Positions 25,832-39,249 of a stretch of 64,000 nt of DNA are shown in pieces. Made by a program: the position numbers and the translations under genes. Below the pieces are notes generated by a model. That model had not been told where the DNA came from, searched no databases, and saw nothing but the letters and a program-made list of their open reading frames with translations. Source of the stretch: Octopus bimaculoides (lineage: Eukaryota); NCBI RefSeq assembly GCF_001194135.2, contig NC_068994.1, positions 46,940,871-47,004,870 on the forward strand. The letters are read 5' to 3'. Position 1 is the stretch's first letter. Every line of letters begins with the position of its first letter.

Positions 25832-27050
25832 CCCCTCCCACTACCTGTGTGTGTTCTTGTGGCGGCAGCCTGACCGACATTTGCCGACACACTGACGCCA
25901 CACGCACACATGGGCGCAATAGCACACACACACACACACACACGAACGCACGCACACACAAGCAAATGCACAGGCTGACGCCCGTCTCTTCCTCATCCCC
26001 TTTGAGAGTAATATGGGCGCTGTTCTTGTCGGTGGTTATGATGTTGGTGTGAAAGGTGGTGGTGGAAGAAGGAGTAGATGTGTATGCGTGCGTGTGTATG
26101 TAGTTGGATAGCTGTATGTAGATGGGTAAAAATGTGTGTGCGTAAGAGAGAGAGAGAGAGAGAGAACCAACAAATTCATTTGAATAAACGCATACATGCG
26201 TTTATTCAAATGAATGTGTTGGTTGAATCCGGGAATCCTTCCGCTACTCGTTTCGATGACGAGGAAACTAGTTGAATGAAAACTTCACTCAACAACGTTT
26301 CTCTCTTTCTCTCTCTCTCTTTCTCTCTCGTTCACACATACATACACACGCATTCCTTCCGTCCTTCACACACACTCTCTGTCTATCTCGCTCTCTCTCT
26401 CCATTTCTATGTATTTGTCTGTCTATCTCTCGGCTATCTTTCTCGAACCCCTATAATTCTCCGTTGTCCACTCATTTCCTTCACTTAGTTGCCCTTCCTC
26501 CCACCACCTCTTCACCTCCTCTCCTCAAAGAGTCTCCATGTCGACTTCCCCGTCGTCTTTTTACTCTATCTACCGCTCTTTTCTTCTTCTTCACCAAATC
26601 ATTCACTGAAGCAAACCGACCCTCTCTTCTATTTTCTCAAGAGCCCTGCATTTCATTTGATCCCGGTTTACCTCTCCTACGCGTTCACCCCCGTCCACAC
26701 ACACATATTGCTTCTTCTTCTCGCCCCCCCATCCCCTCTTTACTCCAATTCCTCCGTATCTCTGTCGCCACCGCCACAACCGGGCTATCCTATTATGGTG
26801 TGAAGTGGGGGGGAGAGGTTGGAGAGTTGTCAAGACACTTTATATATAGCAATAACGGCTTTGGAAACAGCAGCGACTGCAGCAGTAACTGCAGCTGCAA
26901 TTGCAGCAAGTAATTGCAACAGTAAAAGATGGGAAACCTCATCTCCGAGCGCTGGATCGATCTGCTAGAAATAACAGTCAAATTTTCTCCACAGTTCACA
27001 ACCCATCATCTCAAAATAGAAAAGATGAGATGTTGAATAACGCTATCTAA
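25832..27050. promoter_or_regulatory. CpG-retaining, GC-elevated, TE-free island; putative promoter or first-exon region
   Basis: Many intact CpGs compared with the flanks, a pyrimidine-rich tract and TATATATAG at 26841-26849. There are no transcript data. Confidence 0.4.
26929..27036 (+). CDS. Candidate 35-aa small ORF MGNLISERWIDLLEITVKFSPQFTTHHLKIEKMRC
   Basis: Strong start context (AAGATGG: A at -3, G at +4), ~90 bp downstream of a TATA-like box, and an MGxxxS N-terminus. No homology recognised. Confidence 0.2.
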   Translation: MGNLISERWIDLLEITVKFSPQFTTHHLKIEKMRC

Positions 27051-27524
27051 CTTACACAAATGTTGCCCACCCATTCACTTTGTTTCCTCATAACTTTCGG
27101 AAAAATTGATATTTTTAATGTAATTTTCTACAAATACCGTTCAGATGGTGTAGATTACGATTATATTGGAATTAAATGTTAAAAAGAAAAGGTTGGGGGC
27201 ACATACATACTGATACACATCACTGTTTTTTTTTTGTTTTTTTTTTCAAAACTCCAAGATTCATTTTCTAGATGTGTGTGTGTGTCAGTATGTATTTGTG
27301 TGAGACCATCATCTTTTTCTTTTTTCCACATTTATTAATTCTTATAATAACCCTAATCTACACTATTTGAAAATTATTGGTATGGCTGTGTAGTAAGAAG
27401 TTTGCTTCTCAACCACATGGTTCTAGGTTCGGTCCCATCACGTGTCATCTACAGCATGTGTCTACTGTAGCCTAGGGCCAACCAAAGCCTTGTGAGTGGA
27501 TTCAGTAGGTGGCAACCTGTCGTC

Positions 27525-27571
<47 letters not shown>

Positions 27572-27864
27572 TCATATATGCATATATATGTACATGTATG
27601 TACATACCTTCATCTATATGTACATATAGATACATAACTGGGTACATGACGTGGCAAAAGAACATGGACAAAATGATAAACAAGGTACAACAAACAAGCA
27701 GGCCACATAGAAACATCTCTTTCATCAGCTGCCACCTTTAAAACACCGGCGTTTCAAAGAATTAAGAATTAATATATATATATATATATAGGTGGTGCTC
27801 CAGCATGGCCGTAGTCAAATGACTGAAACAAGTAAAAGAAAAAAAAGAAAAGAATATATAAAGG

Positions 27865-28220
27865 CACAGGCATGGCTGTGGTAAGAAGTTCGCTTCCCAT
27901 TCACATGGTACCAGGTTCAGTCCCACTGCATGGTGCCCAAGCTTTGTGAGTGGATTTGGTAGATGGAAACTGAAGAAACTTGTATATATATGCGTGTATT
28001 TATATGTGTGTGTTTGTCCCCCCTGCTATCACTTCACAACTGATGCTGGTGTGTTTATGCCCCCGTAACATAGCGGTTTGGCAAAAGAGACCGATAGAAT
28101 AAGTACTAAGCTTACAAAGAATAAGTCCTGGGGTCGATTTCTTCAATAAAAACTCTTTAAGGTGGTACTCCAGCATGGCCGCAGTCAAATGACTGAAACT
28201 AGTAAAAGAATAAAAGAATA
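27865..28220 (+). mobile_element. SINE family A copy
   Basis: Same family consensus; tail ...GAAACTAGTAAAAGAATAAAAGAATA. Confidence 0.85.
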
Positions 28221-28224
28221 TAAA

Positions 28225-28680
28225 GATCCGTCTCTTTGCTGCTGCAGTGGAGTCTGTGCTTTTGTATGAGTCTGAGACTTGGACACTGACCAAGAAACTC
28301 ACTCAGATGGTAGATGGCTGCTACACAAGAATGCTGAGGATGGCTCTGAACATTAATCAGTATACACTGAGGATGGAGAACTCAGAACTGTACAAGAGCC
28401 TCCCAATAGTTAGCTTGAAAATAACACAAAAGAGACTGAGGTTAGCTGGACATGCTCACCATCATTCAGAGTTGATATTGCACTCAGTGCTCCTGTGGAA
28501 GCCTCTACATGGATACACTCGGAGAGAGAGAGAGAGATGGAGGATGACACATGTTGATGCCTTAAGGACAGACACGGGTCTCTGGAAGACGCAGGACATG
28601 GCGGCAATGATGAGGGACAAAGACCACTGGAGAGAACTTGTCCGTGGATCTCGGGAATTTTACCTGCCCTAGAAAGAGAT
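28225..28680 (+). mobile_element. 5'-truncated RTE/RTE-X-like LINE C-terminal fragment
   Basis: The ORF at 28247-28672 reads VESVLLYESETWTLTKK...DGCYTRMLRMALN...RLRLAGHA...LLWKPLHG...DTG...MRDKDHW, typical of the region following the RT domain in RTE-group LINEs. Confidence 0.85.
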
Positions 28681-29895
28681 ATATAAATATTTTGAATTAC
28701 ATATATTTGGAGCACCAAAATCTTTTAAGAGCTTTGGGCCTCTTTGGTTCCAACTCTAAATCACTTCTAATGTAGGTTAAAACTGTGACCAAAGTTGAGT
28801 CATGGACCACCCCATTTTTATTTTCAGACATAGTGTATCTAGGACTGTTATCATTTAATGTATCGTTTATTTTGTCTAAAACTATAGGGTGTAAGTTTTG
28901 GAAGATTTGGCTGCCATTTCTAGCAGGTTGAGGTTTCTTTGCCAATAGAAAGAATCTCTATGGTCACTTGATTTGCTAAAATAGCAACCAAATCTCCTTA
29001 AAATCACATTCTGCTATTTAAAAGGAAGAAAGAAATGACATTAGATTATGTAGTCCAGGGATATACAATGTCTGAAAAAAGACAGGGTTGTCATGGCTGG
29101 AACGCCTTTGATCAGGATTAAACTGGGAGTAAACCACCACGACCGCCATAACAACAGCTATGACAGACTTAATCATCACCAATTCATGGAGGGAACCTTT
29201 CCCCCCACCACCATCACCGCCTCTATTGCTGCTGGGTGTGAGGGGTGGGGTAATGATAAGGGATAGGGGAAGAGTATGTGTGAGTATCTACATTTACACT
29301 GGAGCCATCATTTGTAAACATGTAGGCGGTAGTGTTGGGGAGGATGCCACACACCAAGAGAGCTAGTATATAGGGTACAGGGTACAGTCACACCCTGCCG
29401 CCCTTGTTTTTCATACAAGCACCTTAAAGTACAGTTTGGTGGGAGCGAACCCTAGACCCACCACCACCACCCACATCACAATGTTGGTTTGTGTTTGTGC
29501 ATTGGCTTCACACTGGAGCCATTAGCCTAAACAAGTGGCCGTGGAAGTAGTTGACATCCAGGCCAATAGTTTGGAGAGAGGACAGCGGGGGTGGGGGTGC
29601 TGGTTAATCTTACCCTTCCTACACGTATCCCTTCCACCATTCATCTCTGCTTCTGCGTTTTATGGGTTGTGTGTGTGCTGAGTCTATCACCTCCAGTTTA
29701 TCTGTGAAAATATACCCTTGCTCTAGTCTTCTGGACTTTTCTTATCTAACCACAATTACCCCCTGAGTGAGCAGACCTATGCCAAGAAGCATTCCAGACC
29801 CTGACCATCATGTCTTTTTTTTTTTTTTTTTCATTTTTTTCAAACTTAGCATATATATCTGGGACTACATTATCCAGTATTTCCTCTAACTTTGC

Positions 29896-30080
29896 TTAAC
29901 CCTTTAGCATTTAAACTGGTCATATCTAGCCCAAATATGCCCAGGTCTAGACTATCACACCTACCCTAGAATGTCATCCTAAAAATAGACAATGATATCA
30001 TTGAAATCTCAAAGTTATGAGACAATATGAACAAATAAGCTATACCCTTGGCAGAGTAATTTGAACAATAAAGGGGTTAA
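29896..30080. mobile_element. piggyBac-type MITE
   Basis: TTAA-CCCTTTAGCATT start and GGG-TTAA end; same family as 53435. Confidence 0.8.
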
Positions 30081-30364
30081 GCCAGTTTAGATGTGAAATG
30101 AAGGAGACTTAGCTGGGGTTTTTTTCCAGTTAATTAAGCAACCATGTAGATACTTCCTTGATGCAGCCCCTCCTCATTTGGTCAGCTTTTGCTGGACCCT
30201 ACCCCTATGATTTATAAAGCAAGTATCGGTTCTGTGCTAGGGTAGATTCTTTAATCAATTAAATTATATATACCTGTTACATAAACGTTTGGCCTTGTGC
30301 CAATAAATATTTGAAGTGTTATGTATATATATATGTATGTAATAATAATAATAATAATAATTCA

Positions 30365-30600
30365 ATTCTTTATTGCCCACAAGGGGAGCTAAACACAGAG
30401 GGGACAAACAAGGACAGACAAAGGGACTAAGTTGATTACATCGATCCCCATTGCGTAACTGGTACTTATTTAATCAACCCCAAAAGGATGAAAGGCAAAG
30501 TCGACCTCGGCGGAATTTGAACTCAGAATGTAGCAGCAGACGAAATACCGCTAAGCATTTCGCCTGGCGTGCTAATGATTCTGCCAGCTCGCCGCCTTAA
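30365..30600 (-). mobile_element. SINE family B copy flanked by (AAT)n
   Basis: Reverse complement of family B with a variant 3' end. Confidence 0.85.
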
Positions 30601-32764
30601 ATAATAATAATAATAATCATAATAATAATAATAATAATCATAATAATAATAATAATCACAGTGCCTAAGAGCATTCTACCTGATGAAGCACCAACACAAC
30701 TGTTGCTGTATCATATTCATTTATATAATCATACTATATAGAATGACTTTAATGATATATGAGGGTATCAGACACAGAAACAAATGTTGTAATTTGCAGT
30801 TAAAGCCTGTTTTTTCCATCTTCATGTTTTATAAATTTATGTATACATCTGCACATACATTACCACAGGACATTTCACTTGTTCTTTAGCGTTTTACTCT
30901 TTTACTGATTTTAGCCATTGGCATTTATCTACCCTGCAGCACCACTGTCAGCGGAGGCATGTGGTTTAGTGGTTAGGGTGTTGAACTCATGATAGTAAGA
31001 TTGTGGTTTCAATTCCTGGACTGGGTGACACATTGTGTTCTTGAGCAAAGCACTTCATTTCATATCGCTCCAGTCCACTCGGCTGGTAGAAATGAGTAAT
31101 CCTGTGACAGACTGGCATCCTGTCCAGGTGGGCAATATATACACCATGGAAACCGGCATGGAAACTGCTTGACAACTGGTTTTGTTATGCCCTCATAACT
31201 TTGCAGTTCAGCAAAAGAGAATGATAGAATAATTACCAGATCTTTAAAAAAAACAAGTACTAGGGTGGATTTGTTCTTCTAAAAGAAGTCTTTCAAGGCA
31301 TTGTCTCTGCCTGGCCATAATTCTATGACTAAAACAAGTGAAATATGTAAGATATGAAATCTCCCCTCAACCATTGTTGCTGATATTCATAATCAATGCT
31401 TCTCCATTCCTTCCATTTCTCTGTGTATATGGATCTCTCTTTGTCTTGCCAACTGAGTAGAATATCCTTTGTTATGAAAGTCTAATAAGGCCAAAATATG
31501 TTTGTTGTTTTTGACCACTAGTCAGTTTTAAAGAGCCAAATCTACTCTATAATCTGTATGTTGTCCAATAATTTCCGTTAGCTGATCTTAATGAAGTTAC
31601 CTCCCTTTGTTTCGTTTCTTTTTTTTTTCTTTTTGTTTAGCTCTCAAACAGCCACAAAAATTTTGTTTACTAATTGCTAAGATAATCTCAGTTGATGGAA
31701 GCTTTTCAACTCAGTGAGAGACCTACCATATTCATGTTATTTGATGTGCTGTGACTATTTTTATTATTATTTATTCATCTATTGTGCTGCTTTTATTGTG
31801 TACCATATATGTGTGTGTACGTTGACACAGTATTGGAAGCTGATTGTATAGAATGTGTTTGGTGTAAGTTGTGCTATGATACTACTGGATATTTGTAGAA
31901 TCCAAGAAATGTATTATGATTTATTATGCTGTCCCTTAGTCTCAGGTCAAGGCTAATTGAACAGGCTTATGATTACAGACGTTCCAGTCATGACTATCCC
32001 ATCTTTCTTTTTTTTCATATATTTTTTTTAAAGTTAATACAGTTGGATTTCAGAGTAGTTTGGCTGTTATTTTAAGCAAACTTAGTGACTGCATAGAAAC
32101 TCCTCCATGGAGTTGTGAATTTTGCGGTTTTTAGATTAGAAGTTTCTTGTGCAGAAGTACAGAATATGTAGGTCTCTTTTGGGAGCTCTGTGTAAAATTG
32201 TGAGTCCTAGTTTTATTTTTCTCATGTTTAGGGCCATTTTTTGCCCCCCATTAACATCGAACCAATTATTAGCCCTGTATTTTTTTTTAATTTGTTTTTT
32301 TTTACTCTCATACTCTGCGGCTTATTTCTATTTGGAAATTGTTTTTTTTTTTAAATAGTGTTTTGACTGCCACGAGAAGGCTTAATGTCTTGGATGGAAT
32401 CGGTGAAGGTGTTTTATCAGAATGCATACATTGTCATTTCCATTACTGATTCCCCCTACCTGTTCTTCCTGGAGAGTCATAGCTATGTCATTAAATGAAT
32501 TTAAGGGGGGGAAAACGACAAAACCATTAGCATATTGGACAAGATGCTTAGTGACTATTTACATTCTGAGTTCAATTACTGCTGAGGTTGTCTTTGCCTT
32601 TTGTCTTTTCTGGGTCGATAAAACAAAAGTACCAATTGGGTAATCAACTACACCCTCACCTGCTACTTTAAATTGCTGGCCTTGTGCCAAGATTAGAAAG
32701 AATTATTATATAATGAATTTCATATTCTTTGTATGAAAATATGTCACATTTTTTAATACAGTTA

Positions 32765-33145
32765 CTTTTTTACTTGTTTCAGTCATTTGACTGTGGCCAT
32801 GCTGGAGCACCGCCTTTAGTCGAGCAAATCGACCCCAGGACTTATTGCTTGTAAGCCTAGTACTTATTCTATCGGTCTCTTTTGCCGAACCGCTATGTTA
32901 CGGGGACGTAAACACACCACCATCGGTTGTCAAGCGATGCTGAGGAACAAACACAGACACATAAACATATACACACACACATATATATATACATATATAC
33001 GACGGGCTTCTTTCAGTTTCTGTTTACCAAATCCACTCACAAGGCTTTGGTTGGCTCGAGGCTATAGTAGAAGACACTTGCTCAAGGTGCCATGCAGTGG
33101 GACTGAACCTGGAACCATGTGGTTCGTAAGCAAGCTTCTTACCTC
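32765..33145 (-). mobile_element. SINE family A copy
   Basis: Reverse-complement match that retains many CpGs (young copy). Confidence 0.9.
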
Positions 33146-35342
33146 AGAGCCAGCTAATAATTAATTATAACAATTCTGCCGAGGTCGACTTTGCCTTTCA
33201 TCCTTTCAGGGTCGATAAATTAAGTACTAGTTGCGTACTAGGGTCAATCTAATCAACTGGCTCCCTCCCCCAAAATCCAAAATTTCAGGCCTTGTGCCTA
33301 GAGTAGAAAAGAATATTTAGTTATTAGAATATAATAGGATTNNNNNNNNNNNNNNNNNNNNNNNNNNNNNNNNNNNNNNNNNNNNNNNNNNNNNNNNNNN
33401 NNNNNNNNNNNNNNNNNNNNNNNNNNNNNNNNNNNNNNNNNNNNNNNNNNNNNNNNNNNNNNNNNNNNNNNNNNNNNNNNNNNNNNNNNNNNNNNNNNNN
33501 NNNNNNNNNNNNNNNNNNNNNNNNNNNNNNNNNNNNNNNNNNNNNNNNNNNNNNNNNNNNNNNNNNNNNNNNNNNNNNNNNNNNNNNNNNNNNNNNNNNN
33601 NNNNNNNNNNNNNNNNNNNNNNNNNNNNNNNNNNNNNNNNNNNNNNNNNNNNNNNNNNNNNNNNNNNNNNNNNNNNNNNNNNNNNNNNNNNNNNNNNNNN
33701 NNNNNNNNNNNNNNNNNNNNNNNNNNNNNNNNNNNNNNNNNNNNNNNNNNNNNNNNNNNNNNNNNNNNNNNNNNNNNNNNNNNNNNNNNNNNNNNNNNNN
33801 NNNNNNNNNNNNNNNNNNNNNNNNNNNNNNNNNNNNNNNNNNNNNNNNNNNNNNNNNNNNNNNNNNNNNNNNNNNNNNNNNNNNNNNNNNNNNNNNNNNN
33901 NNNNNNNNNNNNNNNNNNNNNNNNNNNNNNNNNNNNNNNNNNNNNNNNNNNNNNNNNNNNNNNNNNNNNNNNNNNNNNNNNNNNNNNNNNNNNNNNNNNN
34001 NNNNNNNNNNNNNNNNNNNNNNNNNNNNNNNNNNNNNNNNNNNNNNNNNNNNNNNNNNNNNNNNNNNNNNNNNNNNNNNNNNNNNNNNNNNNNNNNNNNN
34101 NNNNNNNNNNNNNNNNNNNNNNNNNNNNNNNNNNNNNNNNNNNNNNNNNNNNNNNNNNNNNNNNNNNNNNNNNNNNNNNNNNNNNNNNNNNNNNNNNNNN
34201 NNNNNNNNNNNNNNNNNNNNNNNNNNNNNNNNNNNNNNNNNNNNNNNNNNNNNNNNNNNNNNNNNNNNNNNNNNNNNNNNNNNNNNNNNNNNNNNNNNTA
34301 CTGTGTTAAAAAACACTATTATTAAAATGAAGAGCCAGAGAAGTACTGGTCCATGTAATTCACTGTAGCTCTCCCCACCCCCCAGCAGAGCTGGCACAAT
34401 CATTAGCACATCAGACAAATTGCTTGGTGGTATTTTTTTTTTTCCAGCTATTTATGTTCTGAGTTCAGATCCCACCTAGGTCATTTTTGCCTTTCATCCC
34501 TCCAGGGTTGATAAAATAAAAAAAATACTTGTCCAGTACTGGGGTTGATGTAATCAACTTGCCCCCACCCAACTGCAAAAAATTGCTAGCCTTGTGCCAA
34601 AATGAGAAAAAATTGTTATTAAGGTGCAGGCGTGGCTATGTGGTACAAAGCTTGCTTCCCGGCCACATGGTTCCAGGTTCAGTCTCACTGCATGGCACCT
34701 TGGGTAAGTGTCTTCCTCAGGCCAACCAGAGCCTTGTGAGTGGATTTGGTAGACAGAAACTGAAAAGAAGCTTGCTGTATACACCATACAGGCATGTCCC
34801 TTGCATCCCTCTCCAGCTGAGCATTCCTAATCTTACAGGCTCGCAGATGCTGGGGTCACGTTAAAAGCACTTAGTACACTCTGTGAAGTGGTTGGCATTA
34901 GGAAAGGCATCCAGCCTTAGGAACCATGCCAAAACTGACATGGAGCATGGGCAGTTAGTTCTTCAGCTGGCCAGCTACCATCAAACTGTCCAACCCATGC
35001 TAGCATGGAAAATAGACGTTAAATGATGATGATATATGTATGTGTATATCTATGTGTGTATCTTTGTGTCTGTGTTTGTTCCCCCCCCCCACACACACAC
35101 ACTTGACAACCAGTGTCGATGTGTTTACATCCCTGTAACTTAGCAATTCAGTATAAGAGACCGACAGAATAAGTACTAGACTTCAAAAAAAATTAATAAT
35201 AGTCCTAGGGTTGATTTGTTCAACAAAAAACCGTTCAAAGCAGTCCCCCAGCATGGCCACAGTCAAATGACTGAAATAAGTAAAAAATAAAGGTGAAGAG
35301 CTGGTAGAATCATTGCTGAGTTGAGCAAAAAACTTACTAGCA

Positions 35343-35534
35343 TTTACTCTTTTACTTGTTTCAGTCATTTGACTGTGGCCATGGTGGAGCACCACCTTTT
35401 TTTAGTCGAGCTAATTGACCCCGGGACTTATTCTTTGTAAGCCTAGTACTTATTCTATCGGTGTCTTTTGCTGAACCGCTAAGTTACGGGGACGTAAACA
35501 CACCAGCATCGGTTGTCAAGCGATGTTGGGGGGA

Positions 35535-35592
<58 letters not shown>

Positions 35593-35770
35593 CATATATA
35601 CAACGGGCTTCTTTCAATTTCCGTCTACCAAATCCACTCACAAGGCTTTGGTCAGTCTGAGGCTATAGTAGAAGACACTTGCCCAACGTGCCACGCAGTG
35701 GGACTGAACCTGGAACCATGTGGATCGTAAGCATGCTACTTACCACGCAGCCAACTCCTACGCCTACGCA
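35343..35770 (-). mobile_element. SINE family A copy (tail-to-tail with the + strand fragment at 35040-35290)
   Basis: Reverse-complement match to the family. Confidence 0.9.
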
Positions 35771-37329
35771 TTTCTTCTGGATTTTTATATTCTGAGTTCA
35801 AAATTCCACTAAGGTCATCTTTGCCTTTCATCTTTTCAGAATTGATAAAATAAGGACCAGTCAAGCACCTTCCTTGTAATTGCTGCCTTATGCCAAAACT
35901 TGAAACCATTGGCACCTACCCTCACTGCCCTCTTACAAGTTGGGCAAAGCAGTTGGTGAAAGTTCTACATAATAAATCTAGGTGATGGGTAAGACCGACA
36001 ATGGTCTCCTGGAAACTTTAGATGTTGTCAAAGATGAACTCTGTTTCAACGTCACTGATGCCAAGCTGTATCGGCCTTTGCCTTTCCTTTGGATAACATC
36101 ATTGGCATAGAGAGGGGAGGCTGGTATGCATGAGCGATTGCTGGTCTTCCACTAATAACTTCGCCCGGACTTGTGCCTCAGAAGGGAACATTCTAGGTGC
36201 AACTCCATGGTCATTCTTGACCGAAGGGGGTCATTACCTCTTCTTAAACCATTTGGACGTTAACAAGGTGTTCGAAGCAACTGGAACCATTGGATACAAT
36301 CACACAGTTTTACATAGATTTAAAAAAAACAAAAAAACACCAAGACCAAAGCACATGACTAGCTAAGCAATCAACCAAACAACATATTGTGAAGATAATC
36401 ATTTATACGTATTTTATCACTAAATATTTTCAAGCTGTATCTCCAACATAATCCTCTTAATCCATATTGATTTGTTATTAAATATATTTACCTTAATCCT
36501 TTGGACAAGAGGTATTATTAGTATTATTAATATTATTCTTAATATCATTAATATTATTAGTATTATTTTTATTATTGTTATCAATATTAATATTAATATT
36601 GTTGTTGTTGCTATTAAGTAATCACAATGGAAGTTGGTTAGTTGGCTGGCTGGCTGGCTGGTAGTCTTTTACTTAGCTTCAGCTGTTGGACTACAGAGAT
36701 GCTGGGCTTTACCACCTATAATATGACTGAATGTTGAGTTGGGATTAAATGACCCGATGTGTGTGTGTGTGTGTCTCAAGCCATTGTCTTTGATATTGTT
36801 TGTGCACTGTACACAAACAATGCCACCACACACACAGTTTCATTGTTTACATCTGCTGGACTGGTTGTTCAAGAGCTTGGTGTTCAAAGGGCCAGGAATA
36901 ATAGTACCTTACTTGGAAACCAGTGTGGGTCGGTGACAGGCAGGGTATCTAGCCATAGAAAAATTGCCTCAGTAAGTCTCACCGAACTCGTATTAACATG
37001 GAAAAAGCCCACATTGAAACAATGATCACACACACATATTTTCATCTCTTGCTTCCCTGTATATTCTTGGAATCCCTTCTTGCTCCTAGTTTACCTGTCT
37101 CTATTTACGTCTGCTCGCTTTGTAAGTTGAGAGGCCACCTGAACACCTCATCGCCACCATCTTATCGCTTTCCAGCTTCCTGATCATTCTTGTCTTCTGT
37201 TCTAAACATGAATAACCATGTTAACTCCTTTACAACGGGGAACCTATTCTGCCCCTTCCTCTCATATTTTTTTAAACACTCATTTCATAGCATAAGACCT
37301 GTTCCTGCCAGGTGCAGGTTTAAATATGC

Positions 37330-37710
37330 TCTTTTACTTGTTTCAGTCATTTGACTGCGGCCATGCTGGAACACCGCCTTTAGTCGAGCAAATCAACTCC
37401 AGGACTTATTCTTCGTAAGCCTAGTACTTATTCTATCGCTCTTTTTTGCTGAACCGCTAAGTTACAGGGACGTAAACACACACCGTTGGTTGTCAAGCAA
37501 TGTTGAGGGGGACAAACACACACACACACATATATATATATACATATACATATATACGACGGTCTTCTTTCAGTTTCCGTCTACCAAATCCACTCACAAG
37601 GCTTTGGTTAGCTCGAGGCTATAGTAGAAGACACTTGCCCAAAGTGCCACACAGTGGGACTGAACCCGGAACCATGTGGTTGGTAAGCAAGCTACTTACC
37701 GCACAGCCTA
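37330..37710 (-). mobile_element. SINE family A copy
   Basis: Reverse-complement match to the family. Confidence 0.9.
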
Positions 37711-38303
37711 CTGGCTTTGGAAGAAAGTTTGTAGTAACATGAAACACCTAATTTAATCATAGAGTCTGCATTCAAATATAAATATACTCTGACCTATGTA
37801 TTGAATTCTTTAGTGGATATCACTCTCCGTCATTCTTTGATTAAGATTGTCAAATGTATATGTTGTTTGCATATCTGTGTGTGTATGTTTGAAAGCATAG
37901 CTGCATTATTTGGAATTTTGCCTCCTGATTATGTTATTCAAATGATCTGTTTGGCACCTTGGAGAGACAGAAACGCTTTGGGCAGATTGAATTGTACCTG
38001 TAATTCAAAAGAGCTGAAGCTAAGTAAAAGACTACCAACTAGTCAACCAACCAACTTCTATTGTGATTAATTAATAGCAGCAACAACAATATTAATATTA
38101 ATAACAATAATAGTAATACTAGTAATACCTCTTGTCCAAAGGATTAAAGTAAATATATTACCAGGACACACTGATTCAGCCTCAGAATTATAGTAATGGC
38201 ACCATGTCTGTGGAATACTAAACCAAGCTGGAGAACACTTCTAGTTTTGTGATTGTTGTAAAATGTTCCATCAATATTTCCAATTGATGTTCCAAATACT
38301 ATC

Positions 38304-38502
38304 TTAACCCCTTCAGCATTCAGATAACTCTGTCAAATGTAATACATTGTTTTGAATTAATCATGTATTGTCTTGTAGAGATTTCAATGATGTGATTGTA
38401 TATTTTTAAAATGACATTCCTGGATAGACAGGTGTAAGAGGCCAGATCTGACCAGTTTGAACATAAAACAAGTGGTGGCCAGTTTAAATGTCAAAGGGTT
38501 AA
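38304..38502. mobile_element. piggyBac-type MITE
   Basis: TTAA-CCCC...AAAGGG-TTAA; same family. Confidence 0.8.
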
Positions 38503-38811
38503 TAATGACAAAATTATTTGATTAAATTTTTGATTATTTTCAAAAGATAATTGAAACAAAAGCCAGTCTATGTCTATAGAAATATGGTAACAATAGGCTT
38601 AATCGGCTCAAAAGGGTTAATCCATTCAAAAGAGTTAAGCATTCAGATTACTCTGTCAAATGTAATGGTTATTTATTCACATTGTTGTGAATTAATCATA
38701 CATTATTTCATAGCTTCAAGATTTCATTGAAATGATTGTTTAATTTTAGAATGACATTGTAGGGTACATGTGACAAGCCAGATCTGGCTGGTTTAAATGC
38801 TAAAGGGTTAA

Positions 38812-39075
38812 ACAGTGGAGATGCATGGCTTAGTGGTTAGAGTATTGGACTCATCGTAAGATTGTGGTTTCGGTTCCTGGACCGGGCAACGCGTTGTGTT
38901 CTTGAGCAAAACACTTCATTTCACATTGTTCCAATTCACTCTGCTAGCAGAAATGAGCAATCCTGCGATGGACCAGCATCCTGTCCAGGTGGGGAATATA
39001 TACGCCATGGAAACTGGGAAACCAGCCCTTATGAGTCAGCATGACCCGAGAAAGTAACTTTATCTTTATCCTTAC
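38812..39075 (+). mobile_element. tRNA-derived SINE family D
   Basis: TGGCTTAGTGGTTAG...GGTTTCGGTTCCTGG...TGTTCTTGAGCAAAACACTTCATTTCAC. Other copies lie at 4325-4570(-), 5860-6000(-), 17495-17725(-), 20345-20588(+) and 30950-31165(+). Confidence 0.85.
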
Positions 39076-39249
39076 CTTTACCATTGTCTAGGGTTTTAAT
39101 CAGTCGTACTCCTCTCAAGGAAGAAAGGCAAAGACAATTGAAAGTAAAGGGACATAACTGGATATAACATTGTTTCTTTGGTTTCACACAGTGATTTATG
39201 CTATCCTATATGTGTATGTCTATCTGCCTGTTTGTCCTCTTTCTCTCTC

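Noticed and set aside
1930-26270. Partial resemblance to miR-124 (~1945), miR-137 (~2100) and miR-981 (~26245)
   Set aside because: Only 7-10-nt matches, with no full mature sequence and no supporting hairpin.
26272-26913. 213-aa plus-strand ORF in the CpG island
   Set aside because: Low-complexity S/L/P/F translation of a CT-rich tract with no recognisable domain.
21170-30700. Isolated CTGATGA words at ~21176, ~21407 and ~30680
   Set aside because: No downstream stem II plus GAAAC-GUH arrangement, so they are not hammerheads.
35890-36330. Balanced-composition unique segment with short open frames (e.g. MGKTDNGLLETLDVVKDELCFNV...)
   Set aside because: Stops occur in all frames and I recognise no family. 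It could be a decayed TE or pseudogene, and a BLASTx search would be needed.
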